A DNA stretch of 64,000 nt from an uncultured Planctomycetia bacterium (lineage in GTDB: Bacteria > Omnitrophota > Gorgyraeia > Tantalellales > Tantalellaceae). The position numbers and the translations under genes are program-made. Below are positions 1-10,024 of the stretch, piece by piece. How positions within the stretch are numbered: position 1 is the stretch's first letter; every line of letters begins with the position of its first letter. The notes below the pieces were generated by a model. That model ran no database searches, had not been told where the DNA came from, and worked only from the letters and a program-made list of their open reading frames with translations. Location: assembly GCA_964421015.1 (NCBI GenBank), contig CAYQUS010000007.1, forward strand, positions 23,551-87,550. Reading direction: 5' to 3'.

Positions 1-839
1 TCTATGAAGATATCCACATTCTGTCCGAGCTTGACCTTGGAAGAATCTTCCTCTATAACGTCAAAAGCCGCGTACACTTCTTTAAAATCCACAAAAGTGC
101 CTATTTTGTCCTGCGGGGTAACATAGGCTCCGGCCTGTATGTCCTTAGCCCCCAGGTACCCGTCACTTGTGGCGTAAATATTGGTTTTCTCTAGGTCCCT
201 CCTGGCTGACTCATACTCCAGTTTCTTCTGATCAAGCGCCGCTTTTTCTACCCCTCCCACGTCGAACAAAGCCTGGGCCTTCTCCATTTCTATGCTGGCG
301 TACCTGAGCTTCAAAAGGGCGTCTTTCTGGTCAAGGCTTGCTATTATATCGCCCTCAAGGATGCGCTCTCCCTCCTCAAAGTTATAGTTCTCAAGAACAC
401 CGCTTTCCGGAAATCTCAGGTCTATTTGCTTGAAACCTTCTATCCTTCCGAGTACCGGAAGCGTGTCTTTAAAATCCATTTTCTTAACCTTGTAAACCTT
501 CACCGGCATGGTGCGCATGAACTCCACCATTTCTTTTTGCTCTTTGACGGCGAAAAATACCTGCCTTATTTTCCCTATCGTATGCGAAAGAACAAAAGCC
601 GCCACAAGAAAGCCCAGGAGTATCCACACGTAGTTTTTCTTTACCTTCTTTATATCGAAGTTTTTGATCCTCGCCGGCATCTTTCTCGGGTCCCACCAGT
701 CCCGCGGAAGTTTCCTGAGTTCCGATGCCGCGTTCTTCAACGCCGCTACCGCGTTCCTTAGCGCCTTTGAAAGCCCTCTTGCTCTATCGGGCTTTCGTTC
801 CTCCACGGGATCTTTTTTTATAAAATCGTCTAAAGCCAT
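1..839 (-). CDS. efflux periplasmic adaptor (HlyD / membrane-fusion family); 3' end runs off window
   Basis: Minus-strand ORF starting ATG at 839 (MALDDFIKKDP...). Single N-terminal TM helix (YVWILLGFLVAAFVLS), coiled-coil-like middle. Open frame continues to nt 1. Directly downstream of the TolC-like gene. Confidence 0.6.
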   Translation of the reverse strand, partial: MALDDFIKKDPVEERKPDRARGLSKALRNAVAALKNAASELRKLPRDWWDPRKMPARIKNFDIKKVKKNYVWILLGFLVAAFVLSHTIGKIRQVFFAVKEQKEMVEFMRTMPVKVYKVKKMDFKDTLPVLGRIEGFKQIDLRFPESGVLENYNFEEGERILEGDIIASLDQKDALLKLRYASIEMEKAQALFDVGGVEKAALDQKKLEYESARRDLEKTNIYATSDGYLGAKDIQAGAYVTPQDKIGTFVDFKEVYAAFDVIEEDSSKVKLGQNVDIFI

Positions 840-866
840 ATCTAACCCCCATGATTTTCATTGATT

Positions 867-3479
867 TCAGCTTTCCACGTGAAGCCTGCCCTCGCGATAA
901 AGTCCCTCCGAGCGGTCTATTTCCGCCAAAAGGTCCTTTACCCCGGGGTTATCGCCGTCTATTTCAGCGGCTTTCATCGCCAGCTTTCTCGCTTTGGAAA
1001 ACCTTTTTTTATCAAGCTCTGACCGCGCCTGGGAAATGTATTCCTCCGCAAGAGACCCGGCGCTTCTCTGCCTTTCGGCGGGAGAAGTTTTCCATGGGTC
1101 AAAATACCCCATGACCCCTATGGCCTTATTTATCTCGGTGACGGACACATAATATTCCGTATCACCGTGAATTTCTCCGTACTCGTGTTCGCCGAGCTTT
1201 ACGTATTCCTCCACCGTCTGCGACAGGTTCAGCTCCCCGAATTTGCGCCTTTCTTCAAGAACGGCAACGAACATTTTCTGATGTTCGACCTGGGCCTTGG
1301 CCACGTCCATCTGCAGCAGGGCTTTTCTGTACTTAAAGTAGGCTGTTTTAACCTGCATCCCCAGATCGTTCTTGGCTTTCTGGTATTCGTATTTTGACCG
1401 TTCAAAACCTACGGTCGATTCCTGCACCCCGGTAAAATAGGCCAGGTCATCGAGAAGCCGGAAAGTAAAGTAGCTTGTGGCGCTTTCCGACCCCCTGAAA
1501 GCGGATACGGTCGTGGCCCAGAACTCTCTGACGTAGTTGTACTCAAAGGTGCTACCCCCGAAAGGTATGCTCCCCTTTATTCCGGCGTACCATTCGGGCT
1601 CAAGATCGCGGTGGGCCCTTATTGGATCCGTCCCTCCCCAGTCCGACGCGTACCTCATCGGCTGGTAATTCTCGACAGCCTTACCGAAATTACCCATGAA
1701 GTCTATCTTCGGCCATCCTTTGGCCTTAGCTATCTCTCTCTCAAAATTGTAATATTCTATGGTCTTCTCTTTTATCTTTATGTCCGGATTGTTCGCCAGA
1801 GAAAGATTGTAACAGTTCTGAAGGCCTATCCTCAGAAGTTCCTCGGGTTTCTCCAGTTCCTTTATCCTCACAGGCCTGTCGGGATCGGCGTTCATGGCCT
1901 GTGTGAGAACAAGGTGGGCAAGGTCCATGTCTCTCCCCGAGGATATGGTCTGGAACTCCGCCTGCATGTTAAGACCCTTTACCTTAAGATACTCCACCGC
2001 CGGAAGAGCGCCTTTTTCATAGGCTTTCTGGGCTATATCGTATATCTCCGCTATACGCGAGGCTATTCTCTCCTGTATCCTCAAAGCCTTTATGGTCTTA
2101 TCGTAGTTGTAATAGGCCTTTTTAGTTTCTTCTATTATCTCGTTCCTTATCCTCTCCTTCTCCATTTTTATTATCTCAAGATTGGCCTGGGCCTGCCGGA
2201 CCTCGTTATATGTGCCGAACCCGTCGAATACCGTGTGCTTGACCTCGGCCATGTACTTCTCTCCCTGGTAGTGCCGGGTCGCGCCCTCCTGGGCTCCTGC
2301 GGTTGAATCGGCTATCTTACCGTAGGATTTTTCCATTTTCAGGGCAAGATCAGGAAAAAGCTTTCTTCTGAGCTCCCATATCCTGGTCTCCCCGAGACGC
2401 ACCTGCTCTTCGGCGAATTTCATTCTCTGGCTGGACATAAGCGCCACGTCTACACAGTCATCCAGAGTATACTCGGCTGAAGGATATTCGTGCTCCATCT
2501 CAAAAGTTTCGCCTTTTATAAAATCTCCCACACCCTTGACGAGAACTCCGGCGAGATCCCCAAAACCGGGTCTGGCGGGATACTTTGTCATGGGATCTTT
2601 CCCGGGAGGAAGTACCGGTTCATCAAGCGTCTCCTCTTCCGAAAGCTCCTTTCTCAGGCCCGACGGACCCACCATTACGGCCTTGTTTATATCGGCTATT
2701 AACACGGAAACTTCCGAGTCATATGGTATCTTTTCCCAGGCCCTGTAAGCGTTTTTCCTGGCCTCCCCGTAATTGCCGGACTCAAGCTGTTCTCGGGCCA
2801 TCAGGATGTTCTCTCTTATGGAAATATCCTCTTTTTTTCTTTTAGCCTCGTATCTTCCCCTCTCCTTTATGTATTCCTCGGCCGCTCTGGACGATGAGCC
2901 CGAAGGCACATGGTTTTCCTGCCTGAAAACACCTTCCGCGGTATCTATCTCGGCTAACATCTTCCTGGCCTCGCTATCGGCTCCGCCGGCCTCAACCGCC
3001 TTCACGGCGTGTTTCCTGGCCGCCGAGAAATCTTCCCTTTTAAGGTCCTCCCCGGCCTTAGAAAGATACGCCCTTGCCTTTTCCTCTCCGGAAGGCTTCT
3101 TAGCGGATTCTGTATTTTTCCCGGAAGAGAACAGCCTTTTCCAGAACGGCTCTTTCGCCTTGGATCGCGCTATAGCTTCTTCCTGATCCAGCCTTGCCAG
3201 GAGTTTGCGGGCATTTTCATTGGCATTGTCCTCTTTGAGGACATTCTCAAGGGTTTTTCTGGCTTTTTTGAAATTCGAAGAGGATATGTCTTTTTCCGCA
3301 GAAGCTATCTCAACGGAAAAACTTCCGGGAACGGCAGTCTCCTGGGTTTTTTCCGGAACGGTCTCGGAAAAAACCGGGACATGGAAAAAAACCAGGCAAA
3401 TCAAAAGCGTAACAGCTACCGTCCGCTTAAGAAAAATTTTCGCGGAGAACTTTTCCGTCATTTTATTTGGTCTCACCAA
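867..3479 (-). CDS. TolC-family outer-membrane efflux protein with long helical-repeat (TPR/Sel1-like) N- and C-terminal extensions
   Basis: 870-aa ORF with signal peptide (LLICLVFFHVPVFS). The central ~450 aa have TolC-like alpha/beta repeat character. Flanking segments show repeated 'ARK..A..A.E.D' helical motifs. Confidence 0.55.
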   Translation of the reverse strand: MVRPNKMTEKFSAKIFLKRTVAVTLLICLVFFHVPVFSETVPEKTQETAVPGSFSVEIASAEKDISSSNFKKARKTLENVLKEDNANENARKLLARLDQEEAIARSKAKEPFWKRLFSSGKNTESAKKPSGEEKARAYLSKAGEDLKREDFSAARKHAVKAVEAGGADSEARKMLAEIDTAEGVFRQENHVPSGSSSRAAEEYIKERGRYEAKRKKEDISIRENILMAREQLESGNYGEARKNAYRAWEKIPYDSEVSVLIADINKAVMVGPSGLRKELSEEETLDEPVLPPGKDPMTKYPARPGFGDLAGVLVKGVGDFIKGETFEMEHEYPSAEYTLDDCVDVALMSSQRMKFAEEQVRLGETRIWELRRKLFPDLALKMEKSYGKIADSTAGAQEGATRHYQGEKYMAEVKHTVFDGFGTYNEVRQAQANLEIIKMEKERIRNEIIEETKKAYYNYDKTIKALRIQERIASRIAEIYDIAQKAYEKGALPAVEYLKVKGLNMQAEFQTISSGRDMDLAHLVLTQAMNADPDRPVRIKELEKPEELLRIGLQNCYNLSLANNPDIKIKEKTIEYYNFEREIAKAKGWPKIDFMGNFGKAVENYQPMRYASDWGGTDPIRAHRDLEPEWYAGIKGSIPFGGSTFEYNYVREFWATTVSAFRGSESATSYFTFRLLDDLAYFTGVQESTVGFERSKYEYQKAKNDLGMQVKTAYFKYRKALLQMDVAKAQVEHQKMFVAVLEERRKFGELNLSQTVEEYVKLGEHEYGEIHGDTEYYVSVTEINKAIGVMGYFDPWKTSPAERQRSAGSLAEEYISQARSELDKKRFSKARKLAMKAAEIDGDNPGVKDLLAEIDRSEGLYREGRLHVES

Positions 3480-3819
3480 GTTCCGCCTCTTTTTTCATCT
3501 GACGGTATTTTCTCATGTAATCGCGCATATAATCCCTGTGCCTGTCTTTGTTGGCCTCTCTGTAAAGCTGAAGGTACTCCTTGTGTTTTCTCCTCCACTC
3601 GAGAGACCTTTCCCTGCAGGCCTGTTTCCAGGACTTGTCCTGAGTTTCCTTATACTTGAAGTAATGCGGGTTTTTCTCTCTCCATCCCTTCATGTTGACA
3701 AGCTGCCTCTGGTACTGGCATTCCAGACTGGAACACACAGACTGGTTGGGCCTGTACTTATTGGGGATAAAGCTTTTCCCGCACATGGAACACTTTCTTT
3801 CCGTCCGCTCTTTGTCCAT
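3463..3819 (-). CDS. small Cys-rich zinc-ribbon-like protein (hypothetical)
   Basis: ORF MDKERTERKCSMCGKSF...CSSLECQ with CxxC + C..C pattern and a basic C-terminus. ATG abuts the stop of the upstream ROK gene. The longer start at 3852 would overlap ROK. Confidence 0.4.
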   Translation of the reverse strand: MDKERTERKCSMCGKSFIPNKYRPNQSVCSSLECQYQRQLVNMKGWREKNPHYFKYKETQDKSWKQACRERSLEWRRKHKEYLQLYREANKDRHRDYMRDYMRKYRQMKKEAELGETK

Positions 3820-3821
3820 CC

Positions 3822-4955
3822 TTATACCTCCGTGAACATTTCTCTGCGGCACAAAAGAGCCGCCCCCAGTGAATAAACATCATCTCCCGAAATCCCGCCC
3901 GTGATCTCTACCTTTCCCGCCAGGCCGCTCAGAACGAACCTTGAAAAACTTTCTTTCATGTGGTCTCGGAATCCCCCGTCCGTTCCCTCTATTCCACCGC
4001 CGAGCGTTACAACGTCTACACCGAAAATGTTGGCAAGATACGCGGCTCGTACGCCCAAAGCCAAGGCCGCTCTTCTTACAAGGTCTTTCGCCAGTTCATC
4101 CCCTTCTTCTGCGGCCATAAGAACATGCTTTATGGTAATATCCTCCGCATTGCCCTGCACCATCCTTACTATGTCGGTTCCCACGCCTTTTTTCACCAGC
4201 TCTCCGGCTATCCTCACGGCATCGAACTGGTCCCATGCCCTTAAGTAGGATTCATTCCCTCTCCCCGGAGCTCTGCTTTCTGTTATTTTTTCACCCTCTA
4301 TAACAACTCCCTCTCCGGAATCGGTATGAAGATACAGCATGTTCTTGTCCTTCACCGAAGGATTAGACCGCTTTTCGGCATAAGCCGCGGCGGTTGCCCT
4401 TTTTGCCACAAGCACTTCGCATTTGAAGGCTTTAGCCAGCCCCTCAGCGGCAACGCTTATTCCTTTTTTCTCTTTACCCTCCATGCTTTCGCTGATCACA
4501 AGGCCGGCCGTCCTGAGAGGAATACCCCTGAAGGTAGATAAGTTTGATACGTTCTTGACTATATCCTTTATCTCCCCCACCCTGCCCCTAAGCGTCTTAA
4601 GCGCGGGTACAGCCAGTTTTTCCTTTCTTGAGACCTCCCCCATGGAATCAAGCACCACCATCGAACAGCCCGCGGAGTCAAAACTTATACCCAGAAAGCC
4701 CTTTCCGGAAACTTCCGCGCACCGCAACCCGCAAAGGCCGTCTGCCCTGTCATGGGTCTTTTCGAGTATTTTCTTCTCTTCGAAGATCTTTATTTTCTCC
4801 AAAATAAGCTCCACCGGTAACAGTGTTTTTTTTGCTATCTCCTGTACGGTGAGGCTTCCGGGGTTCGCTACGGCCCCATAGATCTTTAACGCGCATTCCT
4901 TGTCTTTCCCGGCCTCGTTGGATGTGAAATATTTTACCGTTCTTTCGATGGTCAT
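3822..4955 (-). CDS. ROK-family protein (NagC/Mlc-like regulator or sugar kinase)
   Basis: 377 aa. N-terminal wHTH-like segment (LTVQEIAKKTLLPVELILEKI) followed by an actin-fold sugar-kinase-like body (GISFDSAGCSMVVLD...LGGGIEG). Confidence 0.6.
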   Translation of the reverse strand: MTIERTVKYFTSNEAGKDKECALKIYGAVANPGSLTVQEIAKKTLLPVELILEKIKIFEEKKILEKTHDRADGLCGLRCAEVSGKGFLGISFDSAGCSMVVLDSMGEVSRKEKLAVPALKTLRGRVGEIKDIVKNVSNLSTFRGIPLRTAGLVISESMEGKEKKGISVAAEGLAKAFKCEVLVAKRATAAAYAEKRSNPSVKDKNMLYLHTDSGEGVVIEGEKITESRAPGRGNESYLRAWDQFDAVRIAGELVKKGVGTDIVRMVQGNAEDITIKHVLMAAEEGDELAKDLVRRAALALGVRAAYLANIFGVDVVTLGGGIEGTDGGFRDHMKESFSRFVLSGLAGKVEITGGISGDDVYSLGAALLCRREMFTEV

Positions 4956-5142
4956 GGCATACCTCTTGTTGAGGGTCCCTTATATTAATATATTTCCCGT
5001 CCCAAAAAGCTTGAGCTGACTTTTTGAGAACATAAACACATAATGTATACCTGATGCGGGGGTAAATGTCAAACCCAACCTTATAATATCTTTACATCAG
5101 CCGACGCCGCTCGGCGGTTCCTCAAAATTGCCTTAAACGGCT

Positions 5143-5160
5143 TTTCGTGGTATCATTTGT
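5143..5160 (+). promoter_or_regulatory. putative extended -10 promoter element (TGgTATCAT) for ychF-like gene
   Basis: 'gtggtatcatttg' sits about 55 nt upstream of the ATG. The same 12-mer 'gtggtatcattt' recurs upstream of the Cys-rich peptide gene at 32801. Confidence 0.3.
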
Positions 5161-5209
5161 TTGTTTTATAAGTTACCGAACTATGGATCCACAAAAAAAA
5201 TGAGGAAAA

Positions 5210-6265
5210 ATGAAATTAGGAATAGTAGGGCTCGGGCTTTCCGGAAAAACAACGGTTCTTAACGCGCTTACCGGCGCGTGTAAAGCGGTGGGCACATACG
5301 GAAAATCCGATACAAATGTAGCCGTGGTCAAAGTTCCGGACGAAAGAATGGAGTGGCTGATAAAGACCTACAACCCGAAAAAAATAGTTTACGCCGACAT
5401 AGAGTTCGTTGATATCCCGGGAGCCATAGACGACAGCTCGGACGCTAAAGTCGTAGCCGCCGCCAGAGAAACTGACGCGCTTGTTTTTGTCGTAAGAGCC
5501 TTTGATAATCCGAACGTCCCGCACCCCAACGGCAGCGTGGCCCCCGAAAGAGACCTCGAATACATCAAGATGGGGCTTGTGGTGAACGATCTTTCCATCG
5601 CGGAAAAACGCCTTGAAAGACTGCGCAAAACCGCCGGAAAGGGGTCTTCCGCGGAAGAAGAAAAGATAGAGCTTGAGATACTTGAAAGAGTGGCGGCGCA
5701 TCTCGGTCAAGAAAAACCGCTTTCTTCGATGGGGCTCACCGAACAGGAAGACAAGGTAATAAGGTCCTTTCAGTTCCTTACTTTAAAACCCTCGCTTACC
5801 CTTCTTAACGTTTCCGATAAAGATGTAAATTCAGAAAAAACCTCGGCTTTTCTGAGTAACATGGAAAATTCCATGGCTCTTTCGGCCGACACCGAAATGC
5901 AGATACAGACCCTGGAAGAAGCTGACCGCGCGGCTTTCCTTGAAGACGCCGGAATAAGAGAGTTGTCCCTTAATTCGCTGATAAAGAAAGCCTACTCCAC
6001 GCTTGGGCTTATCTCTTTCTTCACCGCCGGCGAGAAAGAAGTTCACGCGTGGACCATAAAAAAAGGAACCAAAGCGGTCGCCGCCGCCGGGAAAATACAT
6101 TCCGACCTTGAACGCGGGTTCATAAGAGCCGAGATCTTTTCTTTTGATGACCTAAAAAAATTCGGCTCCGAACGAGAGGTCAAAACCGCCGGCAAGTTCC
6201 GCCTTGAGGGTAAAGAGTACGTGGTCCAGGACGGCGACATTGTTGTCATAAAGTTCAGCGTGTGA
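5210..6265 (+). CDS. ychF: YchF/OLA1-family P-loop GTPase/ATPase (divergent)
   Basis: P-loop GIVGLGLSGKTTVLNALTG. C-terminal TGS-like segment closely matches YchF (EVHAWTIKKGTKAVAAAGKIHSDLERGFIRAEIFSFDDL...QDGDIVVIKFSV). GAGG RBS 7 nt upstream. Confidence 0.65.
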   Translation: MKLGIVGLGLSGKTTVLNALTGACKAVGTYGKSDTNVAVVKVPDERMEWLIKTYNPKKIVYADIEFVDIPGAIDDSSDAKVVAAARETDALVFVVRAFDNPNVPHPNGSVAPERDLEYIKMGLVVNDLSIAEKRLERLRKTAGKGSSAEEEKIELEILERVAAHLGQEKPLSSMGLTEQEDKVIRSFQFLTLKPSLTLLNVSDKDVNSEKTSAFLSNMENSMALSADTEMQIQTLEEADRAAFLEDAGIRELSLNSLIKKAYSTLGLISFFTAGEKEVHAWTIKKGTKAVAAAGKIHSDLERGFIRAEIFSFDDLKKFGSEREVKTAGKFRLEGKEYVVQDGDIVVIKFSV

Positions 6266-6298
6266 CCGAAAAACCTCAAAAACCCGGGGACAACCGCC

Positions 6299-7432
6299 AT
6301 GAAGATACTTTTTCTCAAAACCAGGTTCATAGGGTACATCCTCCTTTTATCCGTCATAAGCTGGCTTATGTTCAATTTCCTCTTATCGGCCCAAAGCCGG
6401 ATAATGCACAAGTATTTCATAGAAAAACCCACATCCTACAACCTTGAACGGGCGGAAAGGCTGGCCAGTTCAATCTATAAGAGCTTTAAATCCGAGGTCA
6501 CGGACCTTTCTACCGAAAACATCCGGACTTTCGTGGAAAGATACGACTCTCTTCCCTTCCTAAGCGTCAACTTCATATACAACGACGATACGGGAGGCCT
6601 GGTAAGCGTGCTGAGATCCGTAAAAGAAGTGGACATATTAAGCGCGGAATATGTCTATCCGATACGACAGGGAACCCGTGAAGTGGGAACGCTGTTGGTC
6701 TACGACATCAACAGGGAATACAAGAAAGGTCTTGAGGAGTACAATCAGATGCTGGCCGTGACCAGGATATTCTTCGGTTCCATGCTGCTTCTTCTGACTT
6801 CGCTTCTCGTTTACAGGGAATACGGGGCCAGGATATCCGAGGAAAAAAGGAAAGCCGAATACCACGCCGTACATGACGGCCTTACCGGGCTTTACACCCA
6901 CAAGTATTTCAAGCAGCATCTTGAAAGAGAGCTCTCACGATCAAGAAGATACAAAAGCCCCGTGTCGCTCATAATGTGCGACATAGATAATTTCAAGAAA
7001 TTCAACGACTCCTACGGGCACCTCGCCGGGGACAAAGCCCTTAAGTCTGTTGCGGGCATTATCCTCTCGAACGTACGTTCTTCCGACATAGTCGCCAGGT
7101 ACGGCGGAGAGGAATTCGCTATACTCCTTGTGGAATCCGGGCTTGAAGAAGCGCAGTCGGTGGCGCGGAGGCTAAAATCCCTTACCGACGAGACCGTCGA
7201 AATAGCGTCCCGGATAAAAGGGCAGATAGAGCGTAAAACTATCCCCGTTGACCACACGACCGTACGCGTTACGATGAGCATGGGAATATCCTGCTACGAC
7301 GGGGAAAAAGATTGCAGTCCGGAGGATCTCATAAGATCGGCGGACACTGCGCTGTACAGATCTAAGGACGCCGGCAGGAACAGAATAACGCTGCACTATC
7401 CCGAAACCGGGGAATTCGAGAGTTTTTCCTGA
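6299..7432 (+). CDS. diguanylate cyclase (GGDEF domain) with N-terminal membrane/sensor region
   Basis: N-terminal TM helix; later a GGDEF domain with DGLTGLYTHKYF, CDIDNFKKFND and the RYGGEEF active-site motif. Confidence 0.85.
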   Translation: MKILFLKTRFIGYILLLSVISWLMFNFLLSAQSRIMHKYFIEKPTSYNLERAERLASSIYKSFKSEVTDLSTENIRTFVERYDSLPFLSVNFIYNDDTGGLVSVLRSVKEVDILSAEYVYPIRQGTREVGTLLVYDINREYKKGLEEYNQMLAVTRIFFGSMLLLLTSLLVYREYGARISEEKRKAEYHAVHDGLTGLYTHKYFKQHLERELSRSRRYKSPVSLIMCDIDNFKKFNDSYGHLAGDKALKSVAGIILSNVRSSDIVARYGGEEFAILLVESGLEEAQSVARRLKSLTDETVEIASRIKGQIERKTIPVDHTTVRVTMSMGISCYDGEKDCSPEDLIRSADTALYRSKDAGRNRITLHYPETGEFESFS

Positions 7433-7447
7433 AATGATCTCAAGGCT

Positions 7448-8410
7448 TTACAGAATGGAATTTGTTTCCAGATATCCTGAGTAGTCCATTACGGAATCTT
7501 CGAGCGACATGAATTCCGCCTTGTATCCGGCGGATCGGAGTTTTGCCATATCCGCCTGGGTGAAATACTGATATTTACCCCTTATTTCGGCCGGCATTTC
7601 CACATACTCTATATTTTTCTTCCTGCCCATAGCCGAAAAAAGAGCCGAAGCCAGGTCGTTCCAGCTCCGGGCCTTGCCTGTACCGAGGTTGAAGATCCCG
7701 GAAACCTTTGGATTGGAAAAAAGAAAGAACATGGCCTTAACAGCGTCTTTAACGTATATAAAGTCCCTTTTCTGCTCGCCGTCCCGGTATCCCTCAAGAT
7801 AGGACTTGAAAAGCCTTATTTTTCCTTCCGACTTTATAACGGGGAACGCCTTGCAGACAAGGCTTCTCATTTCTCCTTTGTGATACTCGTTGGGGCCGAA
7901 AACATTAAAGAACTTTATCCCGGTTATTTTATCGAGAAGCCCTTTTTTCATAGCCCACATATCGAAGAGCTGTTTTGAGTATCCGTACATGTTAAGCGGC
8001 ACAAGCCGCCTGGAATTTTCGTCGCTGTCGGAATAACCGTTCTCTCCCGCTCCGTAGGTAGCCGCGGAGGAAGCGTAAATGAACTTCGCCCCCGTCTTAA
8101 GCGCCCATTCCGCGAGGGTCTTGGTATATTCGTAGTTGTTTGTTATGTACCTGTCGGCGTCCGGAAGGATGGTTGAACTTTCGGCTCCCATGTGTACCAC
8201 ATGAGAAACACCTTTCAGTTTCCCGGAAGAAATAAGCCTGAGAAGCTCATCTTTCTGAACATAGTCGCTGAATTTTTTCCCGGTAAGGTTCCGCCACTTG
8301 TCGGAAAGATCAAGCTGGTCCGCCACCAGGATATCGTCTATTCCTTCGGCGTTCAGTTTCCACAAGAAACAGCTTCCTATGAATCCGGCTCCGCCGGTAA
8401 GAATTATCAT
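7448..8410 (-). CDS. hldD: ADP-L-glycero-D-manno-heptose 6-epimerase
   Basis: 320 aa. Starts MIILTGGAGFIGS (Rossmann NAD-binding), a near-canonical HldD/RfaD N-terminus. SDR-fold epimerase length and YxxxK-type region present. Confidence 0.8.
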   Translation of the reverse strand: MIILTGGAGFIGSCFLWKLNAEGIDDILVADQLDLSDKWRNLTGKKFSDYVQKDELLRLISSGKLKGVSHVVHMGAESSTILPDADRYITNNYEYTKTLAEWALKTGAKFIYASSAATYGAGENGYSDSDENSRRLVPLNMYGYSKQLFDMWAMKKGLLDKITGIKFFNVFGPNEYHKGEMRSLVCKAFPVIKSEGKIRLFKSYLEGYRDGEQKRDFIYVKDAVKAMFFLFSNPKVSGIFNLGTGKARSWNDLASALFSAMGRKKNIEYVEMPAEIRGKYQYFTQADMAKLRSAGYKAEFMSLEDSVMDYSGYLETNSIL

Positions 8411-8420
8411 GGCTCTTCCC

Positions 8421-9530
8421 TTATTCCGGGGCTTTTTCCCCGCTGCCGGACGTATTCCCCTCGCTCTTGGGGAGAGACCTTAAAAGTCTTTTTATCTCTG
8501 TCCTGTAACGGAGCAGCGTGGTCATAAGGCCGTAGAGATGTTTTGTCTCCTCCGCGTCCCTCGCGGGATACCCGAACATTATCTTCCCGGGCTGCACCTT
8601 GCCCGAAATACCGGACTTGGCGGCCAGTTTAACGTCGTTACCTATTGTGGCGTGATCGGCTACACCCACCTGCCCGCCCATCATGACATTATCCCCGACA
8701 ACGGTGCTTCCCGCTATCCCGCTCTGCGAGGCGATAAGCACGTTCTTTCCCAGTTTTACGTTGTGAGCTATCTGAACAAGGTTATCTATTTTTGTTCCAG
8801 GGCCTATCTCTGTCCTGGTGAAAGTCCCCCTGTCTATACAGGCATTGGCTCCTATCTCAACATTGTCACCTATTATCACGTTACCCATCTGCGGAACTTT
8901 GTATATTTTCTCGCCTTTGGGAACATAACCGAACCCGTCCGCCCCTATTACCGTCCCGGAGTGAACCGCTACTTTGTCGCCCATTTTTGTCCTGGCATAG
9001 ATAGTAACATTTGGAAAGATCCTGCACGACCTGCCCATCACGACATCGCTTCCTATGTAGCAGTTGGCCGATATGACCGTGTTATCCCCTATCACTGCTC
9101 TGTCTTCTATTACGGCGTTCGGCCCCACCGTCACGTCTTTCCCTATCCTGGCCGAAGGCGCAACCGTAGCGGATTGATGGACCGATCCTTTCGCGGGAGG
9201 CATGACCTCGAGCATGGCATTGTACATTATGGTCATCGCCTTTTTGATATCGTTCACCAGGATGACCGTCTTGCCGTACTTTTCTTTTTCTATGGTGGTT
9301 ATGACGCAGCTGGCCTTTGTTCGGGTTACGTCATTAAGGTCTTCGTTATTCAAAGCGAACGTAATGTCGCCTTCGGCGGCGTAATCTTTTGCCTCCATCC
9401 CTTTTATGCGCAGTTTCCCGTCGCCTATAACCTTCCCGCCGAGGAACTGCGACACCTCGTCCACCGAAAAACTGAGATTCCCGGCAGCTGTCCTGGCCTT
9501 GATATAGAGTTTAGTGAGCATTTCTTTCAT
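8421..9530 (-). CDS. lpxD: UDP-3-O-acylglucosamine N-acyltransferase
   Basis: 369 aa with many hexapeptide left-handed beta-helix repeats ([26 protein letters not shown]). LpxD-like N-terminal domain. Tightly coupled to hldD. Confidence 0.85.
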   Translation of the reverse strand: MKEMLTKLYIKARTAAGNLSFSVDEVSQFLGGKVIGDGKLRIKGMEAKDYAAEGDITFALNNEDLNDVTRTKASCVITTIEKEKYGKTVILVNDIKKAMTIMYNAMLEVMPPAKGSVHQSATVAPSARIGKDVTVGPNAVIEDRAVIGDNTVISANCYIGSDVVMGRSCRIFPNVTIYARTKMGDKVAVHSGTVIGADGFGYVPKGEKIYKVPQMGNVIIGDNVEIGANACIDRGTFTRTEIGPGTKIDNLVQIAHNVKLGKNVLIASQSGIAGSTVVGDNVMMGGQVGVADHATIGNDVKLAAKSGISGKVQPGKIMFGYPARDAEETKHLYGLMTTLLRYRTEIKRLLRSLPKSEGNTSGSGEKAPE

Positions 9531-9566
9531 AGTGGTATGATTTTAACACCCTTAAGCTTAAAACAC

Positions 9567-9601
9567 AACCCCCGCTTTTTAACTGAGCGGGGGTTGTGTT
9601 T
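9567..9601. terminator. perfect palindrome; probable bidirectional rho-independent terminator between hup and lpxD
   Basis: 'aaaacacaacccccgc ttttt aactgagcgggggttgtgtttt' forms a GC-rich stem of about 14 bp. A U-run follows on the minus strand just after the hup stop. Confidence 0.6.
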
Positions 9602-9622
9602 TAACTATTGATCCGAATGACC

Positions 9623-9907
9623 TTACAGACTTGAAGCAAGCTGCTGGCCGCTTCTGAAAGTAACTACTTTCTTGGCCGGTATCTTTATCGCTTTGCCGGT
9701 CTGAGGATTTCTCCCGGTCCTGGCTTTCCTTGTCTTCATCTGGAAAGTCCCCAGCTCGGGAAGGCGTATAACTCTTTCGCTCGGATTGCCCTTCGACAAT
9801 CTTCCGCTAAGCGCGCAAACCCACGCGTCATAAGCCTTAGTGGCCTCTACTTTAGTGGAGTACTTGCCTGACTTGTAGATGGCGTTGATAAATTCTGCTT
9901 TGTTCAT
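9623..9907 (-). CDS. hup: HU/IHF-family DNA-binding protein
   Basis: MNKAEFINAI...RNPQTGKAIKIPAKKVVTFRSGQQL has the typical HU arm and signature. Start taken at the second Met (9907); the ORF opens at 9913. Confidence 0.85.
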   Translation of the reverse strand: MNKAEFINAIYKSGKYSTKVEATKAYDAWVCALSGRLSKGNPSERVIRLPELGTFQMKTRKARTGRNPQTGKAIKIPAKKVVTFRSGQQLASSL

Positions 9908-10024
9908 GAACACCTCCTTTAAAGGTTTGTAGTGTTACGACAACGCCAGTATACTAGAACGGCTCATCGTTGTCAATGCCGTTTAGTGTTTATGAGGGTT
10001 TCAGAGGGTCGAGATTTTGCCGCG

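Noticed and set aside
3822-3852. Longer start (3852) for the zinc-ribbon ORF
   Set aside because: It would overlap the ROK gene by 30 nt. The internal Met at 3819 abuts the ROK stop and fits translational coupling better.
8538-9611. 357-aa plus-strand ORF
   Set aside because: Antisense to lpxD (hexapeptide-repeat gene). His/Tyr/Arg-rich nonsense translation.
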